From positions 374,467 to 438,466 of the forward strand of contig MU053156.1 of assembly GCA_013239625.1 (NCBI GenBank): a DNA stretch of 64,000 bases, written 5' to 3'. The notes below the pieces were generated by a model, which searched no databases, was not told the DNA's origin, and saw nothing but the letters and a program-made list of their open reading frames with translations. A program made the translations under genes and the position numbers. Positions 55,701 through 64,000 of the stretch are shown in pieces (the first letter of the stretch is position 1; every line of letters starts with the position of its first letter). The stretch is from Lama guanicoe. Lineage: Eukaryota.

Positions 55701-56580
55701 CCCACTGCCCAGGTGTGGGGCTCATGCCCGAGGGGCCCATCAGCCCTCCCACGCTGGTAGAGTTCCTGCTGCTGGGGACGCTGGGCCCCGAGGGACCTCT
55801 GTGCTGCAAGAACTGGCAGTTAAAAAGCTGCCCAGCCCTGATTCTTCTGTATTGGCTCAGCTCCTGGCTCTGTCTCTCCTGGAGGGCGACCCCAGTGGCT
55901 GTGACCTTGGCTGTGGCAGCAGCCTGGGCAGCCACCACCGCTGCTTGGGTGAAGTTGGTGGAGGGCCTTGTGACATGTGAGGGGAGGCATAGGCCTGCTG
56001 GACCCCCCACCGGGCCACCTGCATACCCGATGGTGAAGCCTGAGCCTCCAGGGTAGCCCCCGCGGCCATACACCCATTGCTGCACATAGCCCTTGTTGGT
56101 GCCACCCTCACCAAACACCTGCTGCCCCAGGCACTGCAGGGAGTTCAGGGCAGAGCTGCCTCCTGCCACGCTGGGCATCATGGAGATGAGGGGTTCCCCA
56201 AAACCTGGTTCTGCGCTCCACTGCAACTCCCCACATGGTTGTGACCACAGACAGCGATCCTACTGGCTGAGTAGCACTTTGTAGCCAAGGCACTGCCTCA
56301 TAAGCAAAGGGACCATCCCCATCACCACGTGGCATGTGGGGCAGGACAGGTTTCGTGGGGTTCAAGGGACTCATTGGCTTGGGAGCAGCCTAAAGGCCAG
56401 GTCTGTGGGCAGAAGGAAGCAGCCCTCACCAGTGTTTATGCAGGACTCAGTTTCTCTGGCTGTGCAAGGCCCGGCCTGGCCCCTCACCTCAGTGGTCCGG
56501 GATCATCGTTGCTCCACGCACTCAGCCCGCTCTCACTGCTGCCCCACCAGCCGGCTCCCAGGGCACAGTCGCCAATGTTG
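52754..56580 (-). pseudogene. ZMIZ2: Processed (intronless) ZMIZ2 pseudogene with 5' UTR, disrupted CDS (~56374 to ~53784) and ~1 kb 3' UTR
   Basis: Peptides [142 protein letters not shown] match ZMIZ2. No introns, many frameshifts. Candidate TSD aatctt at 52748-52753 and 56581-56586. Confidence 0.95.
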
Positions 56581-57917
56581 AATCTTAAATGTACTTATAT
56601 TAATCATAGTTTAGAATAGCCACATCATTAAATAATAATTTTTTGAAAACATATGTTCTTGGAAATACACCCACTTCAAGTTTTGTTGTTAGATCTGGGG
56701 CTGAGGAGGGGCTGGGGAGGGAAAGGGTGCCAAACATGTGTTCGGGCCCCTGGCAAACTCCCAGAGATGTTTCCTATGTCTTCACTCCACTGCCAAAGGG
56801 AAGATGGGGACACCAGTGCCCACACCACTGTCCACACCGTGGTCCTCTCCTGCCAGCTGCAGTCCGCGTGGCAGTTCCTGTGACGTCCGTCTCCACAGGT
56901 CAGGTTTCTGCTAGGGAAGACTTTAACAGTCTCCTACTCTGCTCTCAACCAGCAACAATTAGTATTAGCAGATGGTTCGTGCCACTGCTGGGGATTACAT
57001 ACAATTTCTATTAAAAAAACACACACACACACACACTTTTTACTCAAATCCTTAAGTCAGATCCACATGCTGAACACTTGAGCTCTCCTCTTAGATATAA
57101 TGAAGTCAAGATAGTCTCTCTCATTTAAATTAAAGAAAAAATGACTCTCACATTTGAAATCAAGTGGGCTGTCTTCCCTCGCTGGGTTAGCCATCTGGTA
57201 AGGGGGACTTTCGGAGGACTTATATTCAGGCCAGGAATTTAGGGGAGAAAAAAATCATTATCCTTTTGTCCTTTTGTGCCTCACTGTTTTAATGTGGTCC
57301 TTTTTTTTTTTTTAACGTTTTCACAGGAGGTTTTTTTCTCCCCATATCTTTCAGATAACACATGGCAAATAAGTTGATTTCTTAATACATTTTACAGTCA
57401 AAATTTGCATTTTTAGAGTTGTGGATCAGAAAAGCACATACCTGATTGAGATCACTTCAGCTCACTGTAAAACAGATTCGACGGGTTCACTCGCTCGATC
57501 TACTACATACTTGTGGTCCTTTCAATTACTGTGCCCTTTATCAGGGTAAGGTCAGGTCAGTTTCCTTTCCACATGTTTCAAAAGCTTGTGACTGCCCCCA
57601 AAGAGAGGGACTATAACTTTTGCATGTCCTTGGATTTTACTGTTCTATTCAGTTACGTTTTTCAAAAAACAGGTCTCAAAGGCTACTATTGATCTAGTCA
57701 CTTTCTGGCTGTTTTCTTCATGGGTGGAGGCTGATTAGATCAAGCAGGTAAGATACCTGTTCGGAACAGCTACTTCATAGTAACAATTCTTTTCATCACA
57801 TACCCTTCAACTTCAGAAAACCGTAAATAATTCAAAGTTATAACTTACCTGGAATTGAAGGTAGCTCGGGTCATTCTTGTTCTGCAGAGGAGGCGGTTAA
57901 ATTTCAGAGAAAAAGAT

Positions 57918-58608
57918 TTTTTTAACTTTTTTATTGAGTTATAGTCATTTTGCAATGTGTCAAATTCCAGTGTAGAGCACAATTTTTCAGTTATACATGA
58001 ACATGCATATATTCATTGTCACTTTTTTTTCACTGTGAACTACCACAAGATTTTGTATACATTTCCCTGTGCTATACCATATAATCTTGTTCATCTATTC
58101 TCCATTTTGAAATCCCAGTCTGTCCCTTACCACACCCCGCCCCCTTGGCAACCACAAGTCTGTATTCTATATCTGTGAGTCTGTTTCTGTTTTGTATTTT
58201 TTTTTTAAGATTCCACATATGAGTGATCTCATATGGTATTTGTCTTTCTCTTTCTGGCTTACTTCACTTAGAATGACATTCTCCAGGAGCATCCGTGTTG
58301 CTGCAAATGGTGTTATGTTGTTGGTTTTTATGGCTGAGTAGTACTCCATTGTATAAATACACCACATCTTCTTTATCCAGTCACCTGTTGATGGACATTT
58401 AGGCTGTTTCCATGTCTTGGCCATTGTAAATAGTGCTGCTGTGAACATTGGGGTGCAGGTGTCTTTTTGAAGTACAGTTCCTTCTGAATATATGCCCAGG
58501 AGCAGGATGACTGGGTCATACGGTCTTATTTCTAGTCTTTTGAGGAATCTCCATGCTTTGTTCTACAGTGGCTGCACCAACCTGCATTCCCACCAGCAGT
58601 GTAGGAGG
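57918..58608 (-). mobile_element. 5'-truncated LINE-1 3' end
   Basis: [41 protein letters not shown] plus 3' UTR. Confidence 0.93.
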
Positions 58609-58966
58609 GAGGGTGCTTTATTTTAATAAGCCTGCCCAGCTCAAACACAATGGAGATGGAGCTAGAACCTGAATATTCTTTCTGCCTTTTGTAACTTTAT
58701 TCATTTTCCCATGTTCTATACATTGCATCTTTGAATAAATTTTTTAATATTCGTGACAATTTTCAGGAAACCATTTGTAAAATACTCATTTTGAAACAGC
58801 CTAGATCTCAGTTAGGAACCTGTTGTTAGTTTATGCAAAGCTTGCCTTTTGTTAAGCCATTAAATAAGTAAATTTGTATGTAAAACATATGATAGATAGT
58901 ATGAACGCATAGTCGTCTAGGCTCATGGGGAGTAGTTTTCTTTTTCTATTTCTAAATAAAACACCC

Positions 58967-59080
58967 AGGGGGAGGGTAGAACTCAGTGGTAGCACCCATA
59001 ATTAGCACTCACAGGTCCTGGGTTCAATTCCCAGTGCCTCCATTTTTAAAAAAAAGTTATAAATGAATGAATAAGTAAGC
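58967..59080 (+). mobile_element. tRNA-derived SINE with TSD
   Basis: ggggagggtagaactcagtggtagc...ggtcctgggttcaattcccagtgcctcc. aaataaaacacc on both sides (~58953, ~59081). Confidence 0.85.
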
Positions 59081-59219
59081 AAATAAAACACCTTGCATGC
59101 ATTTAAAGATTTTAAGAAAAATTTCAAAATCAGTCAGTGTAAGATTAATTTTCTCAAAGGGAAGGAAGGAAGGAAAATCAAGAGAGGTCGATGGCATGAG
59201 AAACCTGTGAAATGGCTTT

Positions 59220-59660
59220 GTGATGTGTCGTTTTGGCTAGGTTGAACTAAATTTCCCAGAATCCCGTTTCTAATGATGTGGGCGATAGGGGAGAGTCTTG
59301 GGTGATTTGGAAGCAAAGGACCGGAGCAGCGATTTTGTAGTGTGTACACGCGCGCACACACACACTCACACACAGACACACACACACAGGACTGCTGATC
59401 TACTGACGACTCCTGACATGAAGCAGCAGCTTGAGCCGCAGCTGCCTTCCTGCCCCCTGGGTCTTCCCTAGTTTCTCTGACTCTTGGGCCTGGGGTGTCT
59501 GTTTAGGTTTGTGACCAAGGCCCTGGTTTCTGCAAGTGTTAGTGTTCTATTGTTGCTGGAACAAATTACCTCAAACACAGTAGCTTGGAACAGTTTCTTC
59601 TCTTCCAGTTCTGTAAGTTAGTCATCTGACTTGCATCTCACGGGAATAAAATCAAGGTCT
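59220..59660. mobile_element. ERVL/MaLR-type LTR remnants (MLT2-like then MLT1-like)
   Basis: ttggctaggttgaactaaatttcccagaatccc, and tgttagtgttctattgttgctggaacaaattacc. Confidence 0.45.
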
Positions 59661-61026
59661 TTTGTTCAACCCATGCTTGTTTTGATGGTGAAAAAGAACT
59701 TTATACTAGTGAATCCTGTGACAGCAGCATTATTTCTGTCATAAGGAGAAAAATGTAAATGGCGGGGAAATTTTTATTGTAAACACTTTTTCATGATTTT
59801 CTTTAAAATCCAGGCATCAATATGAGAAGTATGAGAAAACTATCCCTTAAACACTTTGAATATAGAAGTATTTATATTAGACAGGGGCAAATCATGTATC
59901 CCCTTAAGTAATAAGTAAATATATAACCATGGGAAATGAGTTTAAACAGCTTGGTCTGGGTGCATTCACCAACCTTTTTTTTTTTTAAGCAATGAAATTC
60001 TTCATGAAATAGGTGAGATTTGAGGTTCTTTTTCAATGAATTCAGAAAAAAATTGGTTTTGGCAGGAGGGTCTTTGCTAATGTATTACAAATCCACTTAG
60101 AGGCATCTACATTGATTCCTGTCCCAACTTTCCATCCTCCCATCTGAATCTAAATGGAATGTAGTTAGAGTGCAATCAAATCATGCAAGTGCAATCAAAT
60201 CATGCAAGCCCCCCTGCTAATATAGATGTGTAGGTCTTATCACAGAATCCCAACTATTGCCGATACAGACAGGTCTTCCTCGTGTGACTCTCTCAGGGAA
60301 ACATTGATCATTACACAGAATTGCCTGGAAATTTGACAGTCTGGAAGAATTTTGAAATTTGGTAATGCCCACCCTTTACACACTGGAGAAAGCACATCCA
60401 CTGTATCTGCTTGTCTCCATTCATTCAGACGTTCTGCATTTGTTGCTCAGCAGCGTGCTGATGCGGTTCCTGGAAGAACACTGTTCCCTCCAAGAGGGAG
60501 CAGTTTCACCACCAGCATCCTGGCGGGTGGCCCTGGGCACACTGGCTCCTCTTTGTGAATCAGTAGTAGAGTGTAAATTCGGTCTGCTGCACACGCAGTG
60601 GCACATTCTTGGGGAGTGGCTTTCTAGACCATTTCTTCACACAGTGGCTCACGGATCTTTTTATGGAGTCGTTACTGGAATGCTGGATTTTCGGGTAGTG
60701 GCTTCTTCAAGAGATTCCTTGCCCAGTTTCCGACAGTGGCCTTTTAAGTGGCCTTCTCCCACAGGTTAGTGTGGTTGTTAATTGCCTAGCCACGTGGGCT
60801 GTAAAGTGAGTTTTCTGGCAGCTGAAGCCTTTGACCTCTTACCTGTTCTCTCTCTAAAAATGAAGAGGTTTTAGTCTCTCGTCCTTGCTTCAGGGTGTGG
60901 GTGGTGGGTTAGTGTTCTGGACTGGGACAAAAGTGTTTTGGGGAAAAGTAGAGAATTCAAAACAAGTCCGAGGCACGTAGATACTCCAGCTAGTGTCTGC
61001 GAGTTTTGAACTAGTGTGAGGAAGTC

Positions 61027-64000
61027 CAAGTTATGCTTCTGAATTTCTGAACCTGTGTCCACAGTTCCATACTTATTAGCCACGTAGATTCATTTCCATG
61101 TGCTTTATTTTCCTATCTCAAAAAAAAAAAGTAACCAGTCAGGAACAGTAGCAAAATGTATGTTAAGAATAAGGATAGAACAGATCTAAGCAGGAGAAAA
61201 TACACTATGCACATGCTAAATTCTGTGTAAGTTGTAAGATAATACATATTTCTTGGAGCTATAGATTGTAGCTTACTTATGTTTAGTTCAGGAAAGCCTA
61301 CTTTCCCCTGGTATTATTTTAAAAAGTCATTCTGCATTTCCTCTTACTGCTTTTACGATTCTGTTTGTTTTGATTGTCAGCCCAGCTGTAACATACTCTG
61401 GCGCATGTTTTAAGACAGGGATTGTGTCTGATGGTGTCAGCATCAGTCACTGAATCCTCTTCCAGTTACTTTAAAAGATAGTTATATCAAATTCTGAACT
61501 CCCCTGAACACCTGGGTATGTTTCTGGTACATGGACTTTGCAGGTACCAAAATGTTTTAGTTACTGTAGCTTTCTATTATTTTCTGATACTTGGTATATT
61601 AAATAAAAAATCTCTTGCCTATTTTAGAGAATTTAGAGTCAACATGTCATAATCATTAAAGAATTTCATTTAGGTTCTGGTTAAGAATATGTTGAATCTA
61701 TAGGTGTATCTGGGACAGTTGGCAGTTTCATACTTTAAAAAAATTTTTTTTCTTTAATCAAAGCTATTTAGCTTTGTCTTTTATTTTTGAAACAGAAAAG
61801 GCCTTAATAAAGACAAAACTCAACAAAAAAAGGAACAGGTATATATCACAAAATTAGAATTCTCCTTTTTTAAATCAAATTTGTTAAATTTCTAAACACA
61901 AATCCACACGCATTCAAAATACATTTCTGGTAATAATTCACGGTATTTTACATTTTCTTCTATGTTAAATGCAGTTTATAATTTTTGCATTCTTTTGCCC
62001 AAAATGACGTTTGTTCACCATCAAAAATGAACAAGAGTAAACTCCAGTAAAGAGAAAAATCAATGAATTTAAAAGGGTGCAGAATCTGAAAACAAACTAG
62101 CTGCAATGTACGTTTAATTGCTCTTAATTGTAAACTACTTAAATCGCCCTTCTCAGGGTTTAATAATTTAGAATCATTAGTTCCCTTCAAAACATAATAA
62201 AATATTTACAGTTAGTAAAATATTAACCGACTAACAGCGTGGCTGTGTTGTTTATAAGAGTGTAACTGAAGTCCCGTAATCATGCTGTTGACATAAGCCT
62301 GTGAGGTTAGCGAAGTCATCCTTCGCAAAAATGTAAATGAAGATCTTCAGACCATGGTGTTTATAAAATAGCTCATTAATGACCTAAGATTGAATCTCTC
62401 CAACTATTTGCATCATCAGATACAGTAACAGTGATGAATCGGACCGGAAAAATCCTGGCTAAAACCATTTGCATTTTTTTCCAGAAATACCGAAGTCCTA
62501 ATATCACCAATTCTAAGTTCCTGGACACTGATCTGGAGGAGGATTCTGCAGTTCAACACCAAGGTAAGGAAAGAAACAGCATTATTATCGTTAAGATATT
62601 AGTAAAAAATGCGCCTCTCCCCATTTTGAAACGGTTTCAAACGTGGGCAGTGTTAGTAGTTGGTTTTTGCAACACCTCCTCATTCTGACTTGATATTACA
62701 GATTAAAAAAAGGTTGTTGATGGAACTTGGTTTGTTTCTTTGCAGCTCCCAGCCTTTTAGCTCTCACCTTGAGTTGTGTTACTTGTGTCACTTTGTTCTC
62801 ATAGACTTGTGTTTTGCTTTTTCTCTAACTCCTTCATTTGGGGAGGTGGGAGAGGATGGGGTTTGGCAGGGGGTGGGAACCAGGGGGAAGGAAATGCAAG
62901 TTATGCTTCTGAATTTCTGAACCTGTGTCCACAGTTCCATACTTATTAGCCACGTAGATTCATTTCCATGTGCTTTATTTTCCTATCTCAAAAAAAAAAA
63001 GGTAACCAGTCAGTAACAGTAGCAAAATGTATGTTAAGAATAAGGATAGAACAGATCTAAGCAGGAGAAAATACACTATGCACATGCTAAATTCTGTGTA
63101 AGTTGTAAGATAATACATATTTCTTGGAGCTATAGATTGTAGCTTATTTATGTTTAGTTCAGGAAAGCCTACTTTCCCCTGGTATTATTTTAAAAAGTCA
63201 CTCTGCATTTCCTCTTACTGCTTTTACGATTCTGTTTGTTTTGATTGTCAGCCCAGCTGTAACATACTCTGGCGCATGTTTTAAGACAGGGATTGTGTCT
63301 GATGGTGTCAGCATCAGTCACTGAATCCTCTTCCAATTACTTTAAAAGATAGTTATATCAAATTCTGAACTCCCCTGAACACCTGGGTATGTTTCTGGTA
63401 CATGGACTTTGCAGGTACCAAAATGTTTTAGTTACTGTAGCTTTCTATTATTTTCTGATACTTGGTATATTAAATAAAAAATCTCTTGCCTATTTTAGAG
63501 AATTTAGAGTCAACATGTCATAATCATTAAAGAATTTCATTTAGGTTCTGGTTAAGAATATGTTGAATCTATAGGTGTATCTGGGACAGTTGGCAGTTTC
63601 ATACTTTAAAAAAATTTTTTTTCTTTAATCAAAGCTATTTAGCTTTGTCTTTTATTTTTGAAACAGAAAAGGCCTTAATAAAGACAAAACTCAACAAAAA
63701 AAGGAACAGGTATATATCACAAAATTAGAATTCTCCTTTTTTAAATCAAATTTGTTAAATTTCTAAACACAAATCCACACGCATTCAAAATACATTTCTG
63801 GTAATAATTCACGGTATTTTACATTTTCTTCTATGTTAAATGCAGTTTATAATTTTTGCATTCTTTTGCCCAAAATGACGTTTGTTCACCATCAAAAATG
63901 AACAAGAGTAAACTCCAGTAAAGAGAAAAATCAATGAATTTAAAAGGGTGCAGAATCTGAAAACAAACTAGCTGCAATGTACGTTTAATTGCTCTTAATT
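61027..64000. repeat. Tandem duplication, ~1870-bp unit; second copy runs off the window
   Basis: Sequence from 61027 (caagttatgcttctgaatttctg) restarts at 62897 and matches to 64000 (= 62129). About five differences in 1.1 kb. Confidence 0.95.

Noticed and set aside
53452..56056. Long + strand ORFs (244, 191, 190 aa)
   Set aside because: Antisense shadows of the GC-rich ZMIZ2 pseudogene.
60169..60208. 19-bp direct duplication (also 14 bp at ~45888)
   Set aside because: Ordinary slippage micro-duplications.

Overview
Mammalian genomic DNA, most likely a camelid (tRNA-derived SINEs and cetartiodactyl-type L1 3' ends; inference). No intact protein-coding gene is evident, and the long ORFs in the track are GC-rich or antisense artefacts. 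The window is a mosaic of gene fragments from unrelated loci, nearly all on the + strand with splice sites kept. In order: (1) a CpG island with a degenerate RAB6A-type exon 1 (14721-14790; ATG->GTG, almost only AT->GC changes); (2) a lone CD109 exon (29121-29240); (3) a possible decayed cadherin-repeat exon; (4) a broken ANKRD26-family gene (34072-47477) whose truncated ankyrin exon is duplicated and has gained a new acceptor in phase with the RAB6 exon. A processed ZMIZ2 pseudogene lies on the - strand (52754-56580). Also present: four near-identical tandem duplications (344, 825, 678 and about 1870 bp), a GC-rich ~170-bp repeat array with an inverted arm, a solo ERV LTR with a 4-bp TSD, and L1/L2/MIR/MER/SINE remnants. 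Gene identities come from my own translation compared with remembered human proteins, not from database searches.
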